A stretch of DNA of 64,000 nucleotides from Phycisphaeraceae bacterium (GTDB lineage Bacteria; Planctomycetota; Phycisphaerae; Phycisphaerales; Phycisphaeraceae): contig JBGSTK010000147.1 of assembly GCA_041736565.1 (NCBI GenBank), positions 55,473 to 119,472 of the forward strand, given 5' to 3'. The notes under the pieces were generated by a model. It was not told the origin of the DNA. It made no database searches and worked only from the letters and a program-made list of their open reading frames with translations. A program made the position numbers and the translations under genes. Of the stretch, positions 1 to 7,225 are shown in pieces (position 1 is the stretch's first letter; every line of letters begins with the position of its first letter).

Positions 1-1596
1 GGCGAAGTTGGGAAAGCTGATGATCGCCTTGCGACCGATGCGGACAATCTCGCTGACGATGCGCTCGGTGTCGATGATCGATTGGAGCGTCTGCGACAAC
101 AGCACCACGTCGAACTGCTGATCGGTGAACGATGTCAGCGGCTCGTTTAAATCCGCCTGCACGACATCCAGCCCGCGCGCCACGCAGGCGAGAATCGCGG
201 ACTCATCAAGCTCGACGCCCATGAGGCGACGGTGGCCCCGTGCCTGGAGCAGTGCCAACAGATCCCCCTCGCCGCAGCCCACGTCCAGCACGCTGATTTG
301 TGACTGGGGCGGGATGAGATCGAGGATGAGGTCGTAGTCGAGCCGTTGACCGTGGAAGATTGATTTAGGGTCGGCAATGGCGGTTTCACCCCCCGCGCGA
401 CCGCCCCCCCCAACGGATCGGGGACGAGGTTGCTCGTGGTGACCATCGAGGTGGTCGAGAAATCCGCGGATCATGCCGCCGTAGACACGCAGATTGTCTT
501 CGAGCAAAAACGCATCATGCCCGCAGGGCGATTGGACGGTGCAGTAACTCACCGCCTTATTTTCCGCGACCAGCGCCTGGGCGATCTGCTGACTCTGGAA
601 CGGCGGAAAGAGCCAGTCGCTGGAGAACGCCAACACCAGCCAACGTGCCCGTGTCGGTGCCAACGCTGCCCGCAATTTCGCCATCGAATCCCCCAGATCA
701 AACCGATCCATCGCCATCGACAGCGTGACATAGCTGTTGGCATCGAAACGTTCGACGAACTTGTGGCCCTGATGCGCCAGGTAAGAGCCGACGTTGAAGA
801 CCTTCTCAAACTCGGTGTCGATTTCCCGCGGCTCCATGCGGGCCATGTCGAACTTATCAGTCATCGCCTCGCGCGAGAGATAGGTGATGTGGCCCAGCAT
901 CCTGGCCAATGCCAGCCCTACGCGCGGGCCTTGCGGGTGGTCGTAATATTGCCCATCGCAAAAAGCTGGGTCGCGGAATATGGCGTTTCGCCCAACGATA
1001 TCGAACGCCAACGCCTGGCTGGTCAAGCGGGGCGACGTCGCCAGCGCCACCACACCGCGCACCGCATTGGGGTGGCTTACCCCCCACATCAGCGCCTGAT
1101 GACCCCCCAATGACCCCCCCACCACCGCATGCAAACGCTCGATACCGAGATGCCTCACAAGCTGCCGTTGCACTTCGACAAGATCGTTGACCGTGACCTT
1201 GGGAAAGCCCGATCCATACCGGCGACCGGTCTGCGGATCGATGCAGTTGGGGCCCGTGGTACCTCGGCAACCGCCCAACACGTTGGAGCAAATGACGAAG
1301 TACCGATCCGTATCTATCGCGCGGCCGGGGCCTACGACGACATCCCACCACCCCGGCACATCATCGTCACCGTGACGCGCCACATGCGAATCCCCGCTCA
1401 ACGCGTGGCAGATCAGAATGGCGTTGTCGGCCGAGGCGTTGAGGCGGCCGTAGGTTTCGTAGGTGACGTTGACCTCCGACAGCGACTTGCCCTCCAACTC
1501 CAGCTCCAACGCGCCAGGCAGACGAAACTGCTGGGCAAAACGCAGTGGCGCTGCGGAACGTGCATCATCGGAACTCGCGGGGGCAACGGGAGGCAT
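1..1596 (-). CDS. metX: Homoserine O-acetyltransferase (MetX) fused in frame to a MetW-like methyltransferase domain. The 3' end runs off the window.
   Basis: Manual translation from the ATG at 1596 gives MPPVAPASSDDARSAAPLRFAQQFRLPGALELE...NAILICHALSGDSHVA...GGSLGG (alpha/beta hydrolase MetX). It continues with no stop through a Gly/Arg linker into RLDYDLILDLIPPQSQISVLDVGCGEGDLLALL, a MetW SAM-binding motif. The ORF is open to position 1, which explains why it is missing from the complete-ORF track. Confidence 0.8.
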   Translation of the reverse strand, partial: MPPVAPASSDDARSAAPLRFAQQFRLPGALELELEGKSLSEVNVTYETYGRLNASADNAILICHALSGDSHVARHGDDDVPGWWDVVVGPGRAIDTDRYFVICSNVLGGCRGTTGPNCIDPQTGRRYGSGFPKVTVNDLVEVQRQLVRHLGIERLHAVVGGSLGGHQALMWGVSHPNAVRGVVALATSPRLTSQALAFDIVGRNAIFRDPAFCDGQYYDHPQGPRVGLALARMLGHITYLSREAMTDKFDMARMEPREIDTEFEKVFNVGSYLAHQGHKFVERFDANSYVTLSMAMDRFDLGDSMAKLRAALAPTRARWLVLAFSSDWLFPPFQSQQIAQALVAENKAVSYCTVQSPCGHDAFLLEDNLRVYGGMIRGFLDHLDGHHEQPRPRSVGGGGRAGGETAIADPKSIFHGQRLDYDLILDLIPPQSQISVLDVGCGEGDLLALLQARGHRRLMGVELDESAILACVARGLDVVQADLNEPLTSFTDQQFDVVLLSQTLQSIIDTERIVSEIVRIGRKAIISFPNFA

Positions 1597-1650
1597 CAGT
1601 CGTGGTTTCACTCAAACTCCGGGGTCAATGACGCCAACAGTGACACTCGC

Positions 1651-2955
1651 TCATTGCTGTGATTTCGCCAGCGCTTGTTGGAGGTCAGCCTGGATATCGC
1701 GCACATCCTCGATGCCGATCGACAGGCGAATGTACTCGGGCGATACGCCGGTCTTGCGTTGTTCATCGGGCGTCAACTGGCTGTGGGTGGTGCTGGCCGG
1801 GTGGATGACGAGGCTCTTGGCGTCGCCGATGTTGGCCAGGTGCGACAGGAGTTTGCAGGAGTTGACGAACTTTTTGCCCGCCTCCATGCCGCCCTTGATG
1901 CCAAAGCCCATGATCGCGCCTTGGCCCTGGGGCAGATATTTCCTGGCATTGGCGTAGCTCTTGTGGGACGGAAGGCCGGGGTAGTTGACCCATTCCACCG
2001 CCGGCTGCTTTTCGAGCCACTGCGCCACCGCCAGAGCGTTTTCACAATGGCGCGGCATGCGCAGGTGCAGCGTTTCAATCCCCAGCAAAAATAGAAACGC
2101 AGCAAAGGGGCTCATGGCTGCGCCGGTGTCGCGCAGCCAGTGCGTGCGGATGTGAATGATGTAGCTGATGTTGCCGATGGGCCGCAACGCTTCTTCGAGA
2201 ATCACGCCGTGGTACGACGGGTCGGGCGCGCAAACTTCGGGCCATTTGGCGGGGTTATCCGCCCACTTGAACTTGCCGCTGTCAACCACCGCCCCGCCGA
2301 TGTGAACGCCGTGCCCGCCGATGAACTTGGTCGTCGAATACACGACGATGTCAGCTCCGTGCTCGATGGGCTTGAGCAGCACCGGGGTCATGACCGTGTT
2401 GTCAACGACCAGGGGTATGCCATGCCTTTTGGCGATGGCCGAGATGCCGACAAAATCGGGCACATCGTTTTTGGGATTGCCGATCGACTCCATGTAGATC
2501 AGGCGGGTTTTGTCATCCACGAGTTTGTTGATCGAGGAGGGATCCGCCGGATCGAAGAACCGCACTTCGATGCCCAGGTTTTTGAAGGTCTGAGTGAAGA
2601 GCGTCCACGTCCCGCCATAGAGCGACGTGGCGGAGACGAAATTCTGACCGCTGTGGCAGATGGTGAGGATGGCAGCGGTGATGGCGGCCTGCCCGGAAGC
2701 GAACGCCAGCCCCGCGGCTCCGCCGTCCATTGCCGCCAGACGTTTTTCCAACACATCGTTGGTCGGGTTCATCAGCCGCGTATAGATGTTGCCGAACTCT
2801 TTGAGGGCGAAGAGATTGGCGGCATGATCCGTGTCGTTGAAGGTGTAGCTGGTGGTGGCGTAGATGGGCACAGCCCGGGAGTTGGTCGTCGGGTCGGGCA
2901 CCTGACCAGCGTGAAGGGCCTGGGTTGCCAGATGATGGATTGCAGCGTCGCTCAT
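1651..2955 (-). CDS. metY: O-acetylhomoserine sulfhydrylase (PLP-dependent, Cys/Met metabolism family)
   Basis: 434-aa ORF with [26 protein letters not shown] and the PLP-lysine motif [11 protein letters not shown]. An AAGGAG ribosome-binding site sits about 8 nt upstream of the ATG. Lies directly upstream of metX/metW. Confidence 0.9.
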   Translation of the reverse strand: MSDAAIHHLATQALHAGQVPDPTTNSRAVPIYATTSYTFNDTDHAANLFALKEFGNIYTRLMNPTNDVLEKRLAAMDGGAAGLAFASGQAAITAAILTICHSGQNFVSATSLYGGTWTLFTQTFKNLGIEVRFFDPADPSSINKLVDDKTRLIYMESIGNPKNDVPDFVGISAIAKRHGIPLVVDNTVMTPVLLKPIEHGADIVVYSTTKFIGGHGVHIGGAVVDSGKFKWADNPAKWPEVCAPDPSYHGVILEEALRPIGNISYIIHIRTHWLRDTGAAMSPFAAFLFLLGIETLHLRMPRHCENALAVAQWLEKQPAVEWVNYPGLPSHKSYANARKYLPQGQGAIMGFGIKGGMEAGKKFVNSCKLLSHLANIGDAKSLVIHPASTTHSQLTPDEQRKTGVSPEYIRLSIGIEDVRDIQADLQQALAKSQQ

Positions 2956-3112
2956 GTCGTTTTCTCCTTTTACTGTTGTGTGCCTGGGCGGTCCCGCACC
3001 CCGCGTTTACCGCCAACGAGAGACACCATGCTAGCGGCTACCGGCGTTGCGGCAAACGCGACTTTGCCAAAACAGGCCGACAGGGCCTGCCCATCTACCG
3101 GGCGGCTCTACT

Positions 3113-3137
3113 CCTCTCCCGCGCCTCGCGGGGGAGG
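3113..3137. repeat. GC-rich hairpin repeat (cctctcccgcg-cctc-gcgggggagg)
   Basis: Near-perfect 10-bp stem. An inverted copy lies at 3217-3243. Confidence 0.5.
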
Positions 3138-3216
3138 CTGGGAGGGGGTGCTTCGAGCTAAGCGTTGACAACCATGTTCAAGCGAAGCCATTCGTAGCGT
3201 CGGCCCCCACCCCGAC

Positions 3217-3243
3217 CCTCCCCCGCGTAAAGCGCGGGAGAGG
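3217..3243. repeat. GC-rich hairpin repeat, inverted copy of 3113-3137
   Basis: cctcccccgcg-taaa-gcgcgggagagg is the reverse complement of the 3113-3137 element apart from the loop. Confidence 0.5.
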
Positions 3244-3353
3244 GAGACAAGGCGATGCCCCGAAAATTGGGCAGCCCCGAGCCGACAGGGCGTGGCCATC
3301 TTCCGAGGCACTGGTATTGCCTGTATCACAGCAGGTCAGAGTTTACACCGATG

Positions 3354-3390
3354 GACACGGATTACGGACACGGATGAACACGGATAGATG
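3354..3390. repeat. Degenerate short tandem repeat (gacacggat-type units)
   Basis: gacacggattacggacacggatgaacacggatagatg contains the cacggat unit three times, in an intergenic position. Confidence 0.4.
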
Positions 3391-3466
3391 TGGACCGCCT
3401 TGCCGCTCAGTGGCGAGCCGCGTGCGGGGCAGGACGCACAAGGCTCGAATCAAACCTCAATCGTGG

Positions 3467-3979
3467 TCACCCCGCAAATTCTCCACGCTGTGACCAAGCG
3501 TTTGGTAAAAAGTATGGGGAATGCGTAGTGGCATTCGGCAATCGCCGGCCGACCTTACGAATCCAACGCCACACGGAATCTGTAAGGCGTGCAAACGCCT
3601 CCGCATCGTAATCTAAACCATGCGGTGCAGAGAAGTCACGCGCCCAATAGATACGACCGTAACGCTTGTCGTCTAGGAAGCTCCTGTCGAACTCGAAGAC
3701 AGGCGCAGTGCTTGAGTTCACGATGTAGAACCGTCCGGCACGCTCACGTGGGCATTTCGGGCCGCCGGTCTGCGCATACGCTGGCGACCAAGGGAACGTC
3801 TGCGGCCAGATGTGAAACTGCGCGGCCGGTATCTCCCGAGTTTCCCAATCGTCGATCCACAACTCATCAATGGAAGCAGCGAAGGCTTGAAAGACGCGAA
3901 TCGGGGCGCGACTGCGGACGAAGCGCAATAGCTCAACCTCATCGGACTGCGTCGCTGCAAGTTGAAGTTGGCGTCCCAT
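3467..3979 (-). CDS. Hypothetical protein (cassette ORF)
   Basis: 170-aa ORF with an ATG start and protein-like composition (Trp/Phe-rich). No family recognised. Confidence 0.6.
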   Translation of the reverse strand: MGRQLQLAATQSDEVELLRFVRSRAPIRVFQAFAASIDELWIDDWETREIPAAQFHIWPQTFPWSPAYAQTGGPKCPRERAGRFYIVNSSTAPVFEFDRSFLDDKRYGRIYWARDFSAPHGLDYDAEAFARLTDSVWRWIRKVGRRLPNATTHSPYFLPNAWSQRGEFAG

Positions 3980-3990
3980 GTGGCGTTGCG

Positions 3991-4098
3991 GGATAACGTA
4001 AAAGGCTCTGTGCCGGCCACCTGCGGGAGCAGGCTACCAACCGACAACACTATTTTCCATCGCGACCGTCGCCGGTCAACTGCGGCCGGTGGTTAGGT
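3991..4098 (-). repeat. attC-like imperfect palindrome, family A, copy 1
   Basis: Read on the minus strand: ACCTAAC caccggccgcagttgaccggcgacgg...ggttggtagcctgctcccgcagg...gccttttac GTTATCC. Homologous to copies at 4425, 4831, 5660, 52395 and 52931. Confidence 0.5.
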
Positions 4099-4415
4099 GC
4101 TTTTTTCTTGCGGTTGGGCCACAGCCATGAGAGCGTCAAGAGTACGACACATAGTGCCGAGATAGCAGTGATACCCGTCGACAGATTAGCTTTGAATGCA
4201 CCACAGTCGCCTCCAATGCTGACCGTCCATGCTGGATGGATGGCCAGCAGGACCAACACACATATGGGCAGAGCCAAAAACCGAGGTTGAATCAACCACA
4301 GTGCCAGCGATAAAACCGCAAGGGCCGCGACAATCATTGCTTGTTCTTGAGCGTACAGGACATTGTCTAGAGTCACGTGCCCGCCGACCCATTCGATGCA
4401 CGCGAGGACGCTCAT
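4050..4415 (-). CDS. Small integral membrane protein (cassette ORF)
   Basis: The internal ATG at 4415 (MSVLACIEW...) lies about 10 nt after the GTTAGGG box. About 3 hydrophobic helices. The C-terminal 16 residues read into the next repeat. Confidence 0.55.
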   Translation of the reverse strand: MSVLACIEWVGGHVTLDNVLYAQEQAMIVAALAVLSLALWLIQPRFLALPICVLVLLAIHPAWTVSIGGDCGAFKANLSTGITAISALCVVLLTLSWLWPNRKKKAPNHRPQLTGDGRDGK

Positions 4416-4424
4416 TGACGTGGC

Positions 4425-4533
4425 CCCTAACGCAAAAGGCTCAGATGCCGGCCGCCCGCGGAAGCAGGCGTCCAACCGACCACTGGATTATCCATCGCGG
4501 GTGTCGCCGGTCAACTGCGGCTGATGGTTAGGG
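4425..4533 (-). repeat. attC-like imperfect palindrome, family A, copy 2
   Basis: On the minus strand CCCTAAC...GTTAGGG are perfectly complementary 7-mers at the two ends. Inner arms cccgcg/cgcggg and ccggc/gccgg pair with bulges. Confidence 0.55.
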
Positions 4534-4851
4534 AGCAGCTACGAGGAATTCTCGAACGAAGCTGTCTGCAAGCAGGACGACGAGTCCATAGCCACCGGCT
4601 GCCACGCAAAATAGCCCAAAACCGAGTGCCACCACCGCCTGACGAACCGCCAGTCTGTCTGCCCCAATATCGAGAGCGCGATGGCCAGGGCGGACCTTGA
4701 ACAACAACTCACGCCGCAAAATTGCACGCCCACACTTATATGTCAGCCATGTGCCCGCAACGACCATAAGGCCAAAGCACACGACCGTCGAGATGGCAAT
4801 CAACCTGACACTCGTGGGATGCACGTCGCGACCTAAACGTAAAAGCCTCAT
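4528..4851 (-). CDS. Small membrane protein (cassette ORF)
   Basis: Candidate start at 4851 (MRLLRLGRDV...). Two to three hydrophobic segments. The TAA stop lies within the CCCTAAC box of the downstream repeat. Confidence 0.5.
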   Translation of the reverse strand: MRLLRLGRDVHPTSVRLIAISTVVCFGLMVVAGTWLTYKCGRAILRRELLFKVRPGHRALDIGADRLAVRQAVVALGFGLFCVAAGGYGLVVLLADSFVREFLVAAP

Positions 4852-4940
4852 TTGTCGGCCGCCCGCGGAAGCAGGCGTCCAACCGACCACTGGATTATCC
4901 CTCGCGGGCGTCGCCGGTCAACTGCAGGCGCTGGGTAGGT
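4831..4940 (-). repeat. attC-like imperfect palindrome, family A, copy 3
   Basis: The central 60 nt are almost identical to copies 2 and 4 (ggataatccagtggtcggttggacgcctgcttccgcgggcggcc). Confidence 0.5.
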
Positions 4941-4946
4941 GCCCGA

Positions 4947-5213
4947 TCACTCAAAGTTCAAGTCACGAATCAGGTGATTATCAGCACGAATAGCGGCCGA
5001 CTGCGTAGGCGAGAGATGGAGCAGTCGGCCGAGAATCTTGCGATGACGCTCTCGGATCAAAGTCGGTTCGACGTCAGGGAGTCGAGAGCAGAGATAGCTA
5101 TCCCAAGCACCTACCGTCCAAAGATCGGCGGCATCCTTATCGGGGATCGAGATGCCGAAACCATCTTCGATCATCATCACATGCTCGACCGCGTCCATAC
5201 CCACGATTGGCAC
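4947..5213 (-). CDS. Acyl-carrier-protein-like fragment (cassette ORF) lacking the phosphopantetheine serine
   Basis: IVGMDAVEHVMMIEDGFGISIPDKDAADLWTVGAWDSYL resembles ACP helices II-III (LGxDSLDxVELVMxxEExFxIxIPDED). It has DAV where ACP has DSL, and helix I is absent. GTG start. Confidence 0.45.
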   Translation of the reverse strand: MPIVGMDAVEHVMMIEDGFGISIPDKDAADLWTVGAWDSYLCSRLPDVEPTLIRERHRKILGRLLHLSPTQSAAIRADNHLIRDLNFE

Positions 5214-5221
5214 CTAACGTA
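5083..5221 (-). repeat. 139-bp perfect direct repeat, copy 1 (5' part of the ACP-like cassette)
   Basis: Identical to 5824-5962 by direct comparison. Confidence 0.85.
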
Positions 5222-5311
5222 AGGCCGATCAGCGGCCGGGCCGGCGCCAAACGGCGCTCGACCAATGGAAACTATACCGCCGGCACGGCCCGGTGCATTG
5301 GCTGGTTATGC
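5212..5311 (-). repeat. attC-like imperfect palindrome, family B, copy 1
   Basis: On the plus strand: ACCTAAC gtaaggccg...ggccgggccggcg...cgccggcacggcccgg...ctg GTTATGC. Confidence 0.45.
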
Positions 5312-5324
5312 ACATGCTCCGCCG

Positions 5325-5663
5325 CTACAGCCAAATCTCGCCGGCGAGGCGATTGGCGCAGATGCAGAGCAGAACTCCCAAGCCGATTGACTGTGCTACC
5401 ACGTAGCGCGCCGACTTGCGATCGGTGAACTCCGGCCGCAGAAGGAACCACCACGATATTCCGCACGCCGCTGCCACTCCACACCAGAGAATAAGGTTGA
5501 AGTAGTTCGCATTGAAAAACCAATCATCCGGATTGGCAGTAACCGGTGGACAGCCGCAGCCGAACCGTTTGACCGTCCACGCCGCGTTGATCGGCTGATA
5601 CAGGGCGTGGAACACGAACGGCACGACGAACGGGAGAATGAGCAGTACCCGCCGCATGTGCAT
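5325..5663 (-). CDS. Small membrane protein (cassette ORF)
   Basis: MHMRRVLLILPFVVPFVFHAL... with about 3 hydrophobic helices and a CGC motif. The start codon overlaps the GTTATGC box. Confidence 0.5.
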   Translation of the reverse strand: MHMRRVLLILPFVVPFVFHALYQPINAAWTVKRFGCGCPPVTANPDDWFFNANYFNLILWCGVAAACGISWWFLLRPEFTDRKSARYVVAQSIGLGVLLCICANRLAGEIWL

Positions 5664-5770
5664 AACGAACAAGGCTCAGTTGCCGGCCGCCTGCGGAAGC
5701 AGGCGTCCAACCGAACCACTGGATTATCCCTCGCGGGCGTTGCCGGTCAAACTGCGGCCGGTGGTTAGGT
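5660..5770 (-). repeat. attC-like imperfect palindrome, family A, copy 4
   Basis: On the minus strand: ACCTAAC caccggccgcagtttgaccggcaacgcccgcgagggataatccagtgg...gccttgttc GTTATGC. Confidence 0.5.
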
Positions 5771-5954
5771 TGCTCCTTCGCGGTGAGGTCGGGGCGAGTA
5801 GCCACGATAAAAACTCCCCATAGCGAGAGCAGAGATAGCTATCCCAAGCACCTACCGTCCAAAGATCGGCGGCATCCTTATCGGGGATCGAGATGCCGAA
5901 ACCATCTTCGATCATCATCACATGCTCGACCGCGTCCATACCCACGATTGGCAC
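5724..5954 (-). pseudogene. Truncated duplicate of the ACP-like cassette ORF
   Basis: The first 44 codons match 4947-5213 exactly. The reading frame then diverges and runs into repeat A4. Confidence 0.45.
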
Positions 5955-5962
5955 CTAACGTA
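5824..5962 (-). repeat. 139-bp perfect direct repeat, copy 2
   Basis: Identical to 5083-5221. Confidence 0.85.
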
Positions 5963-6051
5963 TCTGCCGTTCACTGGCCGCGGCCGCGCCGACGACCATT
6001 CGAATGGATTAAACGCTCCGCGGCCGCGGTCCAGTGCAGCGGCGGTTAGCT
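5953..6051 (-). repeat. attC-like imperfect palindrome, family B, copy 2
   Basis: On the plus strand: ACCTAAC gta ctgccgttcactggccgcggccgcg ... cgcggccgcggTccagtgcaGcggcg GTTAGCT. The arms pair with a bulged T and a bulged G. Confidence 0.55.
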
Positions 6052-6639
6052 CGCCTGCGGGAACGGCTCCTTCGTGAACAGCCGCGGCGCACTTGGTGAA
6101 CCCAACGCCGCCTTCCACTCCTTCCGCCGCTCGAGTTGCCTCAGCGCCCAACGGAACGCCGTGAGCGACGTCCGCGCGTCGAGCCAACGAAGCCCGTCGC
6201 TCAGGAGAATGCTCGTGACCTCCGCCAACTCCTTCCGCATGACGCGCGGGGCCTCGCTCTGACACCACCAGTGGTCACGTGGCTCCGGACACCGCCCGAG
6301 CATGCGATTAACGATGCCACGCGCGGGAGGACGAAAGAAGCCCAGCCGCTGCACCAGATCCGAAAGGCACTCGGGCGATTGCGGCTCGCCATCCGGCGTT
6401 GGCCACGACGGCGGCAAGTGGTTGGGATTAAACACGGCCAAGTTGACCGTGAACCGACCTATCGACCACCCCTTGTGGCCGACTTGGAACTCGATGATCT
6501 GCGTCGATCGCGTCTGCTCGTGCTCGACCACTCGGCGGAAGATTCGCCACTCGCCCAACGTGAAGCCGTGGGCGGCAAGGGCCGGGACTACATCGGCCCG
6601 GAACTGTCGGTCGAACTCTCGGAGGGCTTCGGACGGCAT
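6046..6639 (-). CDS. Hypothetical protein, DUF4304-like by motif pattern (cassette ORF)
   Basis: The ATG at 6639 lies about 15 nt after the GTTAGCT box. ALREFDRQFRADVVPALAAHGFTLGEWRIFRR...IIEFQVGHKGWSIGRFTVNLAV fits my recollection of the DUF4304 pattern. The TAA stop lies inside the next TAAC box. Confidence 0.6.
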   Translation of the reverse strand: MPSEALREFDRQFRADVVPALAAHGFTLGEWRIFRRVVEHEQTRSTQIIEFQVGHKGWSIGRFTVNLAVFNPNHLPPSWPTPDGEPQSPECLSDLVQRLGFFRPPARGIVNRMLGRCPEPRDHWWCQSEAPRVMRKELAEVTSILLSDGLRWLDARTSLTAFRWALRQLERRKEWKAALGSPSAPRLFTKEPFPQAS

Positions 6640-6653
6640 ACAGCGTCGTGGCG

Positions 6654-6755
6654 AGCTAACGTACCTGACGTTCAATGGCCGGCACCGCGCCGACCGACTT
6701 TGGTTTTACCACAACGCCCGACGCGGGGCCGGTCCATTGCAGCGTTTGGTTATGC
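6654..6755 (-). repeat. attC-like imperfect palindrome, family B, copy 3
   Basis: On the plus strand: AGCTAAC gta ctgacgttcaatggccggcaccgcg ... cgcggggccggTccattgcaGcgtttg GTTATGC. The arm pattern and bulge positions match copy 2. Confidence 0.55.
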
Positions 6756-7130
6756 GGGCTCGGTGAACGCGATGAAGTATCCATCGGGATCTTTGACAGC
6801 GAACTCACGCATTCCATAGTCCATCACTTCCGGACCCCACGCGAATTCAACTTGGCCTCGCAACTCGGCGGCAAGCGATTCAACGTCATCTGGGTAGATG
6901 TAAAATGTGCCGCTGCATACGGGTGACGAAGGTGTGCCGTGGGGCGCTTGATCATGAAACTGCAGGGTTATGCCATCTCGCTTAACTTGTGCCCAATGTG
7001 GCGAGAGCTGATCCGGGAGCAGCGCGGTCACCTCGAACCCGAGCCGTTGGTAGAAGTCAATTGATGCCCGTATGTCGCGTACGAGCAAGGCCGGAACGAG
7101 GCGGCTGCCGATGTTTTGTGAAGTGGTCAT
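6750..7130 (-). CDS. VOC-family (glyoxalase/bleomycin-resistance/dioxygenase fold) protein (cassette ORF)
   Basis: MTTSQNIGSRLVPALLVRDIRASIDFYQRLGFEV...FYIYPDDVESLAAELRGQVEFAWGPEVMDYGMREFAVKDPDGYFIAFTE. ATG at 7130. The TAA stop lies within the TAAC box. Confidence 0.8.
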   Translation of the reverse strand: MTTSQNIGSRLVPALLVRDIRASIDFYQRLGFEVTALLPDQLSPHWAQVKRDGITLQFHDQAPHGTPSSPVCSGTFYIYPDDVESLAAELRGQVEFAWGPEVMDYGMREFAVKDPDGYFIAFTEPA

Positions 7131-7225
7131 TGTTTTGCCCGCATAACAGTTATTAGATGGATCCGCATAACACCCCGGAAACGCTCCTGTGGTCAGTATA
7201 AGTTTCCCGCGCACACGGGAGACGT

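Noticed and set aside
2956-3110. Assigning the metY leader to a specific SAM riboswitch class
   Set aside because: By eye the leader lacks the SAM-I conserved junction strings (GAGGGA, GCAACC, GGUGC-AAUUCC) and the SAM-II AAAGCU pseudoknot core. It is reported only as an unclassified structured leader.
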